A stretch of 64,000 bases of DNA from Microcoleus sp. (GCA_042408215.1 JAYFMW010000003.1:64001-128000); one strand, 5' to 3'. Shown: positions 10,723-22,186, numbered from the stretch's first letter. The notes: generated by a model from the letters alone, not told the origin. Made by a program: numbers and translations.

Positions 10723-11892
10723 CTAGCGGATATATTCTTTTAAGATACTGTTGCGGTTGGGATGGCGCAACTTCCGCAGAGCTTTCGCCTCGATTTGCCT
10801 AATTCGCTCGCGAGTGACGTTAAAGATTTGACCAATTTCCTCCAAGGTCTTCATCCTTCCGTCATCTAAGCCGTAACGCAGTCGTAGCACGTCCCGTTCT
10901 CGGGGGCTGAGAGTATCTAAAACGCTTTCCAAATCTTCGCGGAGCAAATTTTTCGATACTTGGTCTTCTGGGGTTTCGCCGTCAGATTCAATAAAGTCTC
11001 CCAGACGCGAATCTTCTTCTTTGCCGATCGGAGTTTCTAGAGAAATCGGTAACTGCGCGGATTTGGCAATGAAGCGTAACTTCTCGATCGTCATCTCCAT
11101 CTTAGTAGCGATTTCTTCTTCCGTGGGCTTGCGACCCATTTCTTGAGAAAGAAGTTTCGTAGTTTTCTTGATCCGCGAGATGGTTTCGTAAAGGTGAACT
11201 GGTAGACGGATAGTGCGGGATTGATCCGCAATCGCTCTGGTGATGGCTTGACGAATCCACCAAGTCGCGTAAGTTGAGAATTTATAACCTTTTTCGTGGT
11301 CAAATTTTTCCGCCGCCCGAATTAGGCCCAAAGAGCCTTCCTGAATCAAATCTTGGAAAGACAAACCGCGATTCATGTATTTTTTGGCGATCGACACCAC
11401 CAAACGCAGGTTTGACTGTACCATTTTCTCCTTGGCTCGTCGCCCGATGTGGAGTCTGTGACGAAATGCCGGTAGTGCCATTTCCACAGCAGTCGCCCAT
11501 TCATTGTCTTTGGGCTCGCGGTCTAACTCCTCTAGCAGTTGCTCTCTGACTCGCTCCAATTCCAGCAAATCAGCAATCTTACGCGCGAGTTCAATTTCTT
11601 CATCAGCTCGCAACAGTCGAATCCGACCGATTTCTTGCAGGTAAAGCCGAATAGAGTCTTCTGTATAGTGCTTTTTCTTGGCCTGAGCCCGACGGCGGGC
11701 TTTAGCACCTTTAACAGACTTACTATCGTCTTCATCGGGTTGAACGTCTAAAAAGTCATCTCGATCGTCTTCTTCGTCGATAAAGAGTTCCAACTCGCCC
11801 TCGGGTAGAACGCTTTCGGCGTTCCGAAGCAAATCGATTGTTTCCATTTGGGGTTTGATTTTGGTTTCGAGTACAGTGTTAGCCTGGATCAT
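10723..11892 (-). CDS. sigA: Principal (group 1) sigma factor SigA/RpoD1
   Basis: Motifs [40 protein letters not shown] and [18 protein letters not shown]. The start is placed at MIQAN behind GAGGAAGG. Confidence 0.96.
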   Translation of the reverse strand: MIQANTVLETKIKPQMETIDLLRNAESVLPEGELELFIDEEDDRDDFLDVQPDEDDSKSVKGAKARRRAQAKKKHYTEDSIRLYLQEIGRIRLLRADEEIELARKIADLLELERVREQLLEELDREPKDNEWATAVEMALPAFRHRLHIGRRAKEKMVQSNLRLVVSIAKKYMNRGLSFQDLIQEGSLGLIRAAEKFDHEKGYKFSTYATWWIRQAITRAIADQSRTIRLPVHLYETISRIKKTTKLLSQEMGRKPTEEEIATKMEMTIEKLRFIAKSAQLPISLETPIGKEEDSRLGDFIESDGETPEDQVSKNLLREDLESVLDTLSPRERDVLRLRYGLDDGRMKTLEEIGQIFNVTRERIRQIEAKALRKLRHPNRNSILKEYIR

Positions 11893-13440
11893 GCTGCCTT
11901 CCTCATGCTCCTGAATGGAAGAATAAATAACAGTGGAAAGTGTCTCTTTGTAGTTTAGACAAGTTAGCGAGTATTGGCATTCCCGCAGCAAGAAATATTC
12001 GGATTTTCGACTTACAAGCCGACAATGCACCAGTTTTAGCAGTGCAGGTTCGAGTTTTGGCGTGAAATCGCAATCGCATTCAATCGATCGCCAACATCAG
12101 AGTCGCGACATGAAATCGAGTGTTTTGCTTTTTCTTTCGCAGCTATTTACCATAGGAGCTGCGATACCTAACGAGCGAAGGAGCGAACCTAGAGATGGGA
12201 GCGCTCACATCTCTACAAATACTGGCTTTTCTACTTGGTACTTCGAGCTTTTACCCGTACAAGTTTTCCTGTACGGAACTCTAACTTCTGCTTGACAAGT
12301 GTTTAACTTTTGGTTCGCTTGCTGCTTTCACTCTAATCACTAGACATCACAGTTCCCAGGCGATTTTTCGCCACCTTGGATGTCCGTCTGCTGCCTAAAA
12401 TGCAACAACTTTGAGTCTAAGTACCGAACGGTGAGTCTTGGATATGGCAAAGACCTTTCCGATTGTAACCTTTCTTACCAAAAATGGATGTTGTTTTCCA
12501 TTATTTGTCAAGAACTCGGAAAGCCCTGTTAGCTTAGCTTGACAAGGCCGACTAATGTCAACCTCAGCTAAATCCTGAGAATCATCCGCAAGAACTTTGA
12601 TACTTGGCGGCGGTGTTGTTTTCTGCGAAGATCTGGGTGAACGGCTGCGGCGTAGTAGGTCAGAAATTTAGCAGACTGTTTTTGACTTGCCGGAATTCCG
12701 GCCAATGCAATCCGTGTAGATGCACCCATCTTTATCCTGTTTCCCTGAATTGAATCATACGCAATTTGCGATCGAATAAAGCTCGTAGCTTTAGTTGTGA
12801 CTCGGCTACTCTGGATTAGAGACCGAAAATTACCCCAAATGAAGCGTTGCGGGTTTAGTAGTGCAACAGGGGGCTTTCTTTGTTAAGTTAGCTCAAATCT
12901 CCGAAATAGGATCTAATTTTAACGTTAAATCACATTAAGTTCTTAACGTCACATTCTCATTTAAGCAGTTCGACGGGAGTTTGTCGCGTCGGGGGTAAAA
13001 GCCATCCGGATAAATTCTACTGAGAATTCCCCCAAATGGCAACTCCAGGCTGCAAACTTGTCAATGATTTGTTGAGTTTCGGCGAACACCTGTGCGATCG
13101 CACCCTCTCAGAAACCACACAATTCGCCATCTCCCAGCAGCACAACTTCTCAGTTCCTTTAAATATATCGTTACAATGTGCAGATTCGATTAAGACGTTT
13201 CATAAATTTTAGGTAAAATTACCCAATTGTCTTGAATCGTCACGATCGCCCGGTACTGTTACCCATCCGATTCTGCTGGATGAGCTTAAGGATGTTGATG
13301 GTAGGGCGGTGGTGCGTGCGATCGGACTTTTGTGACATTTCTTTACAACTTGTCCTCCGAAAGCTTAACCTCTAAATCATCGATCGCACTCCTAGCTCAG
13401 CAATGAATCGAGCAAAAATTGTCTATAAAGTTGATTATAC

Positions 13441-14067
13441 CTACTGAGTATTGATGCTTTCTAATAAACCTTGACAAAAGAATTGGAAGCTTTTAGAGCG
13501 ATTTGATTCAGGATTCATATATTGAGAAATTTCGCTAGATGCTTTATATTTTTCCAATCCTCCCTGATGATATCCTGCTTTTTTTAAGACTCTTTCTAAA
13601 GCCTCCCAGGTGCCTCCTTTGATAGCATCAGGATCTCGATATGGTTCTTGATTAGCTAAATTGGTAGAAACTTTAGGAGTAGCTCGACAAATTGCATCAA
13701 CATCGCCGAAAAACCACGCTTCTAATTCTTCAACCACAATTCGATTTAATAATTGAAATGATTTATCTTTTTTACAGGAAGATTTAGCGATCGATCCGGC
13801 TAATATTGCTATGTCTTCTAATTGTTTTTTTAATCTTAGACAATCTTCTCTATCTTCATCTATTAAAATAACAATTTTCCAATCAGGCGGAAGCCATGCT
13901 CGATCACCTTTCAAACGATTAGGCAATTTACAAATTAAATCATCTTTCCCTCGAAAAGCATGAATTTTAAATGTAACAGTCGATGGCAATATTTTCGGCA
14001 AAAGCTGGGTTAAAGCTGATTCTAGGGATGCTTCTTCCACTAAAAACTCAAAATGCAAAATACTCAC
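13441..14067 (-). CDS. DUF4276-like (TOPRIM-like) protein
   Basis: FLVEE acidic motif, IDED (DxD), EELEAWF and a YxK motif. GTG start after GAGGAG, immediately downstream of the ATPase gene. Confidence 0.75.
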   Translation of the reverse strand: MSILHFEFLVEEASLESALTQLLPKILPSTVTFKIHAFRGKDDLICKLPNRLKGDRAWLPPDWKIVILIDEDREDCLRLKKQLEDIAILAGSIAKSSCKKDKSFQLLNRIVVEELEAWFFGDVDAICRATPKVSTNLANQEPYRDPDAIKGGTWEALERVLKKAGYHQGGLEKYKASSEISQYMNPESNRSKSFQFFCQGLLESINTQ

Positions 14068-14073
14068 CTCCTC

Positions 14074-15294
14074 TTAATTCTTAGGTTTCAATGATTGAGT
14101 AACACCCCCATTTTTGAGAGGATTTCCCACATCAAAAAAATCTTCCATCCACAGCGAACCAAGTAATGCACCATGATTCATGAATTCTTTTACTCCCTGC
14201 ATATCTGCGGTTCGCTTTGCTTGAGTAAAACCTTTTTCATCTCGATATAATACCCATAATTCCTCTGGCTTTAAACTATCCACAAAAAAAGGAGAATGGG
14301 TTGTTACCATTAATTGAGTATTAGCAGAAGCCGAACGACATTCTTCAGCAAGTTGAGGTAATAAACGCGGATGTAAATGATTTTCTGGTTCTTCTATTCC
14401 CACTAATTGCGGTGGATTTGGGTCAAATAATACTGTTAGATAAGCTAAGAGTTTTAACGTACCATCGGAGGCAAATTTTGCCAGAATAGGATGAGAAAAA
14501 GGAGCATCTTTAATTTCCCACAAAAGTCTGCCATCTTGCATAATAGATGCTTCGACTTTTTCCAGGCGTGGAATACGATCGGAAAGGGTTTTTAATATTT
14601 CTTCTAACCGTTGAGGATGTTGTTCTTTTAGGTATTGAATAACATTAGGTAAATTGTCACCAGTGGGAGATAATCTTTCCATTGCGCCTGCTTCGGGAAG
14701 ACTGCGGGTATGATCGGCGGTTAAATAGGATAAATACCAACCTGTAATAAAACGTCTTAAAGCACTAACACGGGGATGTTTGGCAAATTGTCCTAAAGTA
14801 TTTACTGCTAATAATTCAGATGATGCTAGTTGTTCGGTAATCCTTTCGCCTTCTTCATCAGGACTTTCGCCACTAATGACTTGTCCTTCGCCTTTTTTGA
14901 AATCTAAAAAGCGAAAGGGTTTTCCAGATTTTCCGCGCCGCCAGTGTAACCATTCTTCAGCGATGAAAGGACGATTATTTTCCTCATCTATGGCGAGATG
15001 ATAGGTGATTAACGGTGATTTTGATGTCTCTCGATATTTTAATTCAATAATGATGCAGCCTGTACTATCTCTGGTGCGTAATTCTCGAAATCTGCCCCTT
15101 CTATCCCAGGCTTTTCTGAGGCTTTCGGTGAAACATTCAGAGAGGAAAGCGAAAACATCAAAAATAGTTGATTTCCCGCTACCATTGGGCCCTAGAAATA
15201 CGGTTAAGGGGGTAAGATTTTTGAGTTCTAGATTATGCAAAGCTCGGTAATTTTGAACTTTGAGATATTCTATACGGGGAATATTTTTATTCAT
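14074..15294 (-). CDS. ABC-type (AAA_15/AAA_21-like) ATPase
   Basis: Walker [10 protein letters not shown], signature-like SDGT, Walker [11 protein letters not shown] and H-loop TTHSP. Confidence 0.88.
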   Translation of the reverse strand: MNKNIPRIEYLKVQNYRALHNLELKNLTPLTVFLGPNGSGKSTIFDVFAFLSECFTESLRKAWDRRGRFRELRTRDSTGCIIIELKYRETSKSPLITYHLAIDEENNRPFIAEEWLHWRRGKSGKPFRFLDFKKGEGQVISGESPDEEGERITEQLASSELLAVNTLGQFAKHPRVSALRRFITGWYLSYLTADHTRSLPEAGAMERLSPTGDNLPNVIQYLKEQHPQRLEEILKTLSDRIPRLEKVEASIMQDGRLLWEIKDAPFSHPILAKFASDGTLKLLAYLTVLFDPNPPQLVGIEEPENHLHPRLLPQLAEECRSASANTQLMVTTHSPFFVDSLKPEELWVLYRDEKGFTQAKRTADMQGVKEFMNHGALLGSLWMEDFFDVGNPLKNGGVTQSLKPKN

Positions 15295-15366
15295 CTGTCT
15301 TCCCCCTTGGATACCCGCACAGTACCTGTACTCAGGTCAGTGACGGGAGGAAAAGGGGGGCAAGGT

Positions 15367-16638
15367 TTATGCTGCATAAGAATAGCCATCCTTTCTCTGA
15401 ATAGTCGAACAATATTTGTAGCTAATTCCCGACACCAATTCTGATGCAGAAATATTGAATGAACCGCTCGCTCTAACTGCAACACGACCAATATAAGTGC
15501 CGATTTTCTTTCCAGAAGTAACTATCGCTTTCACGATGTCACCCGTTTGAAAACCTTTGACAAACTTAAGTCTAGGGACGTATCGAGACGGGAACCCAAA
15601 TTTGTCAGTGCGGCACATTTGGCGCGTTCCATGTCCAGTAGCTTTGATTAACAAAGGTTTGCTGGTTAGAATCTCCAAAGATTCAACCGACCCAACACAA
15701 GCGGCATCTAACCAGTGAGTTTTAGATAAATTCAACCGAGTGCGATTGAACTTGGTTAAACCGCCACTGCCAGTAGAGACAGGCAAACCAGTTTCCTTGA
15801 GTCGATTAAACAATGCCCAGCGAGTTGAATTGACGGCCGCCGCATCTTTTAAAGGACGCTTTGCCTGAGACAAAATTAGCTTTAAAACCTCTGGCTTTTT
15901 AGCTAGGAACTGCTCAATATTTTGAGCTCCTTTCTTGAGATTGCACTTTTCACAAGCCAGGCAAAGATTAGATATCCGGTTAGTACCGCCCTGAGTTTTG
16001 GGATGAATATGCTCAACTTGTAATGGCACATTTTCAACGCCACAGTAAGCACACTTTCTATCCCATTTGTTAAGGAGATACTCGCGGACTTCGTAACCAA
16101 ACAAAGTGCCTTGTTGATACTCAAACCCAGAAATTTCTGGGTTCTCTAATTGCTGCAAATCGAACCGTACAAGTTCTTGAACAATCTTGTTAATGGGCGC
16201 AAGCTTAATCAGTTTTTTCACCCAAGTTAAAGTTGTCTCAACCCGATGGTTCAGGCAAGGAGCTAACCAACCTTTAGGGCGCGTCCGGTTCAAAAATCTG
16301 GCTGGGCGATAACGAGTATGGCGATTGCGCCGCCCCCTCCGTATTGAGCGGCGGGATTCTAAACTAGCTTTAATAGCTTGACCCCGATGGGTTAGTTCAG
16401 CACCCCATAAGACTTTTTCTCCTTGAACTAAGGCGATACCAGTTGTTTGAGAACCAGGATCTATTTTTAAGGTGATTGGTTCTGGAGTTGCTGTTACTTC
16501 CACTTTGAGGATTATGGTAAATGGATACCTTTTGAAAACAGCCGCTTTGCCAGTAGTTAGTAACTTACGAGCCATTCCTGGTCGTATTAGATTGAGTGGT
16601 CGTTTCTGGGTATCAAGTACGAAAACAAAATTAGACAT
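15367..16638 (-). CDS. iscB: RNA-guided endonuclease IscB
   Basis: PLMP-like N-terminus (VFVLD..KRPL), RuvC-I IDPGS, Arg-rich bridge RRSIRRGRR, RuvC-II ELVRFD, HNH CAYC..EHIHP..N..C..CN and RuvC-III HWLDAAC. Confidence 0.95.
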   Translation of the reverse strand: MSNFVFVLDTQKRPLNLIRPGMARKLLTTGKAAVFKRYPFTIILKVEVTATPEPITLKIDPGSQTTGIALVQGEKVLWGAELTHRGQAIKASLESRRSIRRGRRNRHTRYRPARFLNRTRPKGWLAPCLNHRVETTLTWVKKLIKLAPINKIVQELVRFDLQQLENPEISGFEYQQGTLFGYEVREYLLNKWDRKCAYCGVENVPLQVEHIHPKTQGGTNRISNLCLACEKCNLKKGAQNIEQFLAKKPEVLKLILSQAKRPLKDAAAVNSTRWALFNRLKETGLPVSTGSGGLTKFNRTRLNLSKTHWLDAACVGSVESLEILTSKPLLIKATGHGTRQMCRTDKFGFPSRYVPRLKFVKGFQTGDIVKAIVTSGKKIGTYIGRVAVRASGSFNISASELVSGISYKYCSTIQRKDGYSYAA

Positions 16639-16644
16639 TTTAAG

Positions 16645-16886
16645 TCCTCCCTTGCGGGGTAAGGTTAGCTTCGTCAATGTTTAAGGTCGGTACTATCTCA
16701 AAAGCACTGGGTTAACCCTTACCCCTGTTTAACTTTTAAGTTCTAGTGCAGAAAACTAGCTTCGCATTCTCTGGTAGGTACTTTAACGCTTACCTTAAAC
16801 GTAGTGATTTAACACTTAGACTGGTCAACTTGGCGAATTTATTGCCCCCACTATATCGGTACTCCGATTAGTGGCGGGTAGTTGAC
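16645..16886 (-). ncRNA. IscB omega-RNA (HEARO-like) scaffold
   Basis: Blocks GTCAACTACCC..GTTGACCAG, CTACGTT and CATTGACGAAG upstream of iscB, with several hairpins. Confidence 0.8.
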
Positions 16887-16957
16887 TTCACCTCCTTAAC
16901 TATACTTGCTGTTTGTTGATGGAAATTATATCGTTTACGGTTTTTTCTGGATGATTG

Positions 16958-16987
16958 AACCGCAGAGGGCGCAGAGGGCGCAGAGGA
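16958..16987 (+). repeat. Short dispersed repeat AACCGCAGAGGGCGCAGAGGGCGCAGAGG
   Basis: Variants recur in either orientation at about 18119-18148, 20095-20119, 28902-28930, 33258-33277, 38229-38256, 40533-40563, 41143-41171 and 48251-48278. Confidence 0.8.
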
Positions 16988-17059
16988 AAAGAAGGGAGAG
17001 ATGAAATTAGGTCATCTTGAGCGACGAGCATTACCATCTATCACCAGCGAAACACATGA

Positions 17060-17941
17060 TTATTGATTTCGCAGTTTAGGATTGACAAACTCATTCAATC
17101 CTTCTCCCACCAAAGACAATCCTACTACCATTAAAGTCATTGCCAAACCGGGAAATAAAGCTGTCCACCAAATGCCGGTAGGTAGCGCATCCAGGGCTAA
17201 ACGCAAATCGTGTCCCCATTCTGGGGTTTCTTCGGGAAGTCCCAAACCGAGAAATCCTAAACCCCCCAAGGTTAAAATTGCATCGGCGGCGTTGAGTGCA
17301 AACAGCACCGGTACGCTCTGAATCACATTCAGAAACAGATAGCGATAAAGCACTGTCCAAGTATCCGCACCCATTGCTCTAGCGGCTTCGACAAAGAGTT
17401 CGGTTTTGACACTGGCGGTGTGATTTCTGACGACGCGGTAGTATTGAGGAATGTAGGAGATGCTCAGGGCGATCGCAGCATTCAAAACTCCTTTCCCTAC
17501 GACAAACGCCAGAGTCAAAGAAAGCAGCAATCCCGGCAAAGTATAAATGGTATCCATTAAAAATAACAAGATGCGATCGAGCTTACCGCCCAAATAGCCG
17601 CTAACCAATCCCAACGGTACACCGATAAACAAACTCAAAGCCGTAGCTAGAATTACCACTTGCCAAGCAGCGCGAGAAGCAAAAAGCGTCCGAGAAAAAA
17701 CATCATAGCCACTGCGGCTAGTACCAAACCAGTAACTCGCCGATGGTGGTTCATGGATAGGGTTAATCAAAGCATCTGTAGGATTTTGCAGCCATCCCCA
17801 AGTCTGCATAGCTGGAGACAAGGTAGCAATCAATACAAACACAGCAGTTATTGCCAAACCCACCCACATCATTTTCATTGACAGGTTTGACGGGGCGGCA
17901 AGGTTGAGAAATCTCGGTAGTCGGAGGCGGCTTTGAGCCAT
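17060..17941 (-). CDS. Peptide/oligopeptide ABC transporter permease (DppC/OppC-like)
   Basis: Motifs FGT...GYDVFSR, the EAA loop FVEAARAMGA and LGFLGLG...PEWG. Confidence 0.9.
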   Translation of the reverse strand: MAQSRLRLPRFLNLAAPSNLSMKMMWVGLAITAVFVLIATLSPAMQTWGWLQNPTDALINPIHEPPSASYWFGTSRSGYDVFSRTLFASRAAWQVVILATALSLFIGVPLGLVSGYLGGKLDRILLFLMDTIYTLPGLLLSLTLAFVVGKGVLNAAIALSISYIPQYYRVVRNHTASVKTELFVEAARAMGADTWTVLYRYLFLNVIQSVPVLFALNAADAILTLGGLGFLGLGLPEETPEWGHDLRLALDALPTGIWWTALFPGLAMTLMVVGLSLVGEGLNEFVNPKLRNQ

Positions 17942-18221
17942 AGTTGCTATATATATACAATTCTAGACTTTTAGATTCTAGTAGGAGCAAGGCTAAAAAA
18001 CCCGGTTTCTCTCCAAAATCATCTAGGTTTTACCCAAAACTGTTGGAAACCGGGTTTTTGGTTGCTGTGCAATATCAAATCCGCTGGTATCATCCTGTAC
18101 TCATTTCTCTCTTCTCTTCCTCTGCGCCCTCTGCGCCCTCTGTGGTTAAATCACTCCGATCCAACCAGAATTGATACAATATCAAATTCGTTGACATCGG
18201 AATCATTCACCCCTCTCTTCT

Positions 18222-19586
18222 CTACAAATTGCTAGCAATTAACTCACGATACTGGCTTTTTGGCTTAACTCCTTTGAGCTCCGTCACCAAAGCCTTGTCT
18301 TTGAAATACTGAATCGTCGGTGTTCCAACAATACCAGCATTCTCAGCAATTTCTGGATCTTCTTCGATATCAATTTCGACGTAGTGAATTTTGCCGTCGA
18401 ACTCATCTACGACTTTGCTCAAAATTGGCTTGAGACTGTGACAAGGTCCACAAGTCGGAGAGGAATATTTGACCACAATCAGTCGATCGCTATCGTGGAA
18501 CAACTTCCGCAAAGCATAACCTCCTTCGTGTCGCGTCTCTTTGATATCAAAGTTCTCGCTAGTTTCCCGCACTTTTGGAGTTTCCGCTGCTACTGCGGGT
18601 TGTTCCGATTGCTCAGTTTGATGGAATTCCTGGGTTAAACCATTAGCCGAGAGCCACCTTTCTGCAAGCATCGCACCCATACAACCACTGCCTGCTGCGG
18701 TGATTGCTTGGCGAAACTCGTGGTCTTGGACATCGCCGACGGCGTAAACTCCCTCGACGCTGGTTTCTACGGAGCCATGTTTTGGAACAATGTAGCCGAT
18801 TTGGTCGAGTTCTAGTTGACCTTGGAATAAAACAGTATTGGGAGTGTGACCGATCGCATAAAACAACCCATTCACAGGCAAATTGGTTTCTTCGCCAGTT
18901 TCGGTATGTCTGACTTTAATCCCTTCAAGTTTACCATTGCCGTAAACATCCACAGGCTCGGTATTCCAGTGCACGGTAATTTTGGGATTGTTCAAAACCC
19001 GGTCTTGCATAGCTTTGCTGGCTCGCATGGATGATGAGCGCACCAACATATGAACGCGAGAACCATATTTGGTTAGATAAACTCCTTCTTCTGCTGCTGT
19101 GTCGCCGCCACCGACTACTGCTAATTCTACGTTTTTGAATATCGGTGTTGCTCCGTCGCAAATCGCACAGGCAGATATTCCTAAATTCCAGTATTTTTCT
19201 TCGTTTGGTAAGTGCAGTCGTTTGGCTGTTGCGCCTGTAGCTATGACTATGGTGTGGGTTTTGATTTCTCGATCGTCCGATCGCACTGTAAACGGCCGCT
19301 GGCTAAAATCCACCGAAATTACATCTTCTGTGTATAACTCGGCACCCCAACGCACTGCTTGAGCTTTCATCCGATCCATGAGTTCTGGCCCGGTGATGCC
19401 TTCGGGGAAGCCGGGGAAGTTTTCTACTTCTGTGGTGGTCATCAGTTGACCGCCGGGAATGCCTCCCATTTGGTAGCCTTCAAAGACTATGGGTTTCAGG
19501 TTTGCTCTCCCGGCGTAGATGGCTGCTGTGTAGCCTGCGGGGCCTGAGCCGATAATTACTAGGTTTTCTACGGTTTGTTTGGTCAT
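18222..19586 (-). CDS. ntrC: NADPH-thioredoxin reductase C (NTR + thioredoxin fusion)
   Basis: Motifs GSGPAG, CAIC and GGGDTA, with a C-terminal thioredoxin domain containing CGPC. Confidence 0.93.
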   Translation of the reverse strand: MTKQTVENLVIIGSGPAGYTAAIYAGRANLKPIVFEGYQMGGIPGGQLMTTTEVENFPGFPEGITGPELMDRMKAQAVRWGAELYTEDVISVDFSQRPFTVRSDDREIKTHTIVIATGATAKRLHLPNEEKYWNLGISACAICDGATPIFKNVELAVVGGGDTAAEEGVYLTKYGSRVHMLVRSSSMRASKAMQDRVLNNPKITVHWNTEPVDVYGNGKLEGIKVRHTETGEETNLPVNGLFYAIGHTPNTVLFQGQLELDQIGYIVPKHGSVETSVEGVYAVGDVQDHEFRQAITAAGSGCMGAMLAERWLSANGLTQEFHQTEQSEQPAVAAETPKVRETSENFDIKETRHEGGYALRKLFHDSDRLIVVKYSSPTCGPCHSLKPILSKVVDEFDGKIHYVEIDIEEDPEIAENAGIVGTPTIQYFKDKALVTELKGVKPKSQYRELIASNL

Positions 19587-20362
19587 AGCTATTTACTTGA
19601 ACTCATAACGACTTCGTTTAATTAATGGTAGCAGAAATCCAGCATATTTCTATTTTTGAGGGGTTGAGGGCGATCGGGGCAATTCAAGCTGGTTTGATAA
19701 GTAAAAACAATAGGATAACTAATTTTGTTTTAAATGTTCAATCAATTGCCGAAAACCCCCAAAAATTACCATCCTTCACTATTGATTCCATTCTCATTTA
19801 CTTGACGAATCTGCGCCGTTTGAGCTATTATACAATTCTGATACTCAAGCGGTGCTATGACTATTTTTTGACGCTTAGCCTGAAACCCTTTCAGTGCATG
19901 GAATAAGCCAAATCTATAAATGCGATAATGACAATTTTTTATGTAAAATACGCATATTGACACGTTAAGAATTGTAACTAAATTTTTGGCAAATTTGACA
20001 AATTACGGGTATTGTGATATGAAAGGTGCGATCGGGCAAAATTAGAGCGAAATTTTTACTTTCTTCCCGGTAAAAGATTATCTACTTCTTCCTTCGTGTC
20101 CTTCGCGTCTTCGCGGTTCAATAACATGAATTCCTCTGGTTATGAAAAGACTAATTGCTTCGGAAGCACAGGCGGGACGCCCGTGCCACGATTAACATAG
20201 AATTTTGTAGTTGTGTCTAAATGGATAAAACTAAGATAAGGTAAGAAAGTGATTTGTCTGCAAATCCCGGACAATTACGAATATATGGAACCGGAGTTAG
20301 TCGAGCTTTTGCAGGCGAAGCTAAACCCCTATATGGAAATGCCAGATAACGAGATAAATTTT

Positions 20363-21046
20363 ATGCAGCGAGTTTTGGAACCGGAAGTTATGGATTCTTT
20401 GGAAGAGGCCCTAGAATACGATTCGATGGACTTTACTCAGGTTAATGCTGCTTTTGCTAGGAGTGCGGCTGTCTTGGGGCCGGTTTTTGGAAACGTTTTG
20501 GATGCTGGGACTGGTACCGCGAGAATTCCGATCGCACTTTATGAACTTCGGCCAGCATGGAAATTGACTTGCATTGATTTGTCGGCAAATATGCTGAAAG
20601 TGGCGGCAGAGAATGTGGAAAAGGCCGGAGTGCGATCGCAAATTAGTCTCGAATTGATTGATGCTAAGGCAATGCCTTATCCTGACAACTGTTTTGACAT
20701 GGTGATTTCCAACAGCATTATCCACCATTTGCCCGATCCGCTGCCGTTTTTGCGGGAAGTCCAGCGGGTGTTGAAACCGAACGGAGCAATATTTTTGCGG
20801 GATTTGCGGAGGCCGGAAACACTCGAAATCAGGGATAATTTAGTCGAGCTTTACGCGGGAGATTGCAACGCGCATCAAAAACAGTTATTCAGCGATTCCC
20901 TACAGGCGGCTTTTACTCTGGATGAAGTTGAGACTATGATCCAAAATGCCGGGTTGGATGGGTTGAGGATTTATGCATCGTCCGACAGACACTGGACGGC
21001 CGAACGTGCTTGGAGTGAAGTTTTGATTGTGGGCGATCGAGCTTAA
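20363..21046 (+). CDS. Class I SAM-dependent methyltransferase
   Basis: Motif I VLDAGTGT and VLKPNG. The start is uncertain (frame open from 20249); MQRVLEPEVMD is the likely N-terminus. Confidence 0.85.
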   Translation: MQRVLEPEVMDSLEEALEYDSMDFTQVNAAFARSAAVLGPVFGNVLDAGTGTARIPIALYELRPAWKLTCIDLSANMLKVAAENVEKAGVRSQISLELIDAKAMPYPDNCFDMVISNSIIHHLPDPLPFLREVQRVLKPNGAIFLRDLRRPETLEIRDNLVELYAGDCNAHQKQLFSDSLQAAFTLDEVETMIQNAGLDGLRIYASSDRHWTAERAWSEVLIVGDRA

Positions 21047-21067
21047 CCTGCATTGATGTACACTCGC

Positions 21068-22186
21068 CTAGCTATCTAATTTTATGACATCTAGAATTAC
21101 TCGATCGCGCCCTTGGTCTTTAGCCAGATAAAGCGCACGGTCTGCTGCTGCAATCAAGTTTTCCTTGGAAGTAGATGATCGAGGAAAGGTACTCGCTACC
21201 CCCAAACTTAGCGTCACGAAAGAACACACCGCCGAATTAATGTGTTCGATTTCTAGTTTTTTTACCCAAACTCGAATTTGCTCTGCAATCCAGGCGGCAA
21301 CATCAGATGAAGTCCGAGGCAAAATTACCGCAAATTCCTCACCTCCGTAACGGGCTACCAGTTTTTCCCCCGAAACTTCGCCGGTGGAGCAATTTACAGA
21401 TTCAACCATAGCTTTGACCACCTGTTGCAAACAAGCATCTCCAGCCTGATGTCCATAAGTATCGTTGTATTTCTTAAAAAAGTCAATATCGCATAAAATT
21501 AGAGATAATTCTGCTCCTGCTTCCTCTAATTCCTCCCACTCTTGCTCTAAATATTCATTAAAACGATGGCGATTTGCTACCTGAGTTAAGCCATCTGATT
21601 TAGCAAGGCGATATAATTCGGAATTAGCAACTTCTAACTCAGACTTAGTGACAGCTAAATTGTAATAAAGTTCGCTAATATACCAAGTAGCTTGTTGGTG
21701 AATTTGCGATAAAGCTAGCAGCACTTGATGTACGTCTAACAGTCTGTAAACTTGAGGTTCGAGCTGGACGACAATCGGCTCATAAAGCTGTTCCGGGGGT
21801 TGCTGCACAGCTCGCTGAGCAGCCATGACAATTAAGGCTACTCCTGGTAAAATTAAAGTATCTGTTTGAGCAATGTGATACAGAGCTACAATCGGTCGGT
21901 AAGCAAATACATCTACTCCGTAAGGGCGACTCATGTACTCCATAAATCTTCGCCTGGATAGCATACCTAAAAATTCGCCTTTTTCCATCAATATCACTCC
22001 CGGAAGCAACGGGTAATCTCGAAACAACTGAGCTACTTCTTTGTTTAAGTAAGAGGATTCAACCTGAAAATTGAATAGCGATAAATCCTTAAGGGTGGAC
22101 TCTAAAGAGAGAGTTTCCGGTAGTTTCTCTGGCCAAATAGGTGGCGGGCTAAATTCAACAGACACAACGTATACCCGAATGAACAA
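21068..22186 (-). CDS. Diguanylate cyclase (GGDEF) with CBS-like N-terminal region
   Basis: Motifs DGLT, DIDFFKKYNDTYGH, RYGGEEF and ADRALYLAK. Confidence 0.9.
   Translation of the reverse strand: MFIRVYVVSVEFSPPPIWPEKLPETLSLESTLKDLSLFNFQVESSYLNKEVAQLFRDYPLLPGVILMEKGEFLGMLSRRRFMEYMSRPYGVDVFAYRPIVALYHIAQTDTLILPGVALIVMAAQRAVQQPPEQLYEPIVVQLEPQVYRLLDVHQVLLALSQIHQQATWYISELYYNLAVTKSELEVANSELYRLAKSDGLTQVANRHRFNEYLEQEWEELEEAGAELSLILCDIDFFKKYNDTYGHQAGDACLQQVVKAMVESVNCSTGEVSGEKLVARYGGEEFAVILPRTSSDVAAWIAEQIRVWVKKLEIEHINSAVCSFVTLSLGVASTFPRSSTSKENLIAAADRALYLAKDQGRDRVILDVIKLDS

Larger units (their letters stand above)
9700..10725 (+). repeat. 513-bp tandem duplication (about 9700-10212 and 10213-10725) carrying an hli gene
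   Basis: The 513-nt offset holds at the promoter, ATG, stop and downstream flank. Confidence 0.95.
15295..16886 (-). mobile_element. IS200/IS605-superfamily IscB element (no tnpA)
   Basis: Left end GTCAACTACCC at 16886, then omega-RNA and iscB. A right-end hairpin TTCCTCCCG...GCGGGTATCC follows the stop. The right boundary is uncertain by a few nt. Confidence 0.88.

Noticed and set aside
15367..16677. Cas9 call for the RuvC+HNH protein
   Set aside because: About 423 aa, a PLMP-like N-terminus, an upstream omega-RNA and the absence of an array or REC lobe identify it as IscB.
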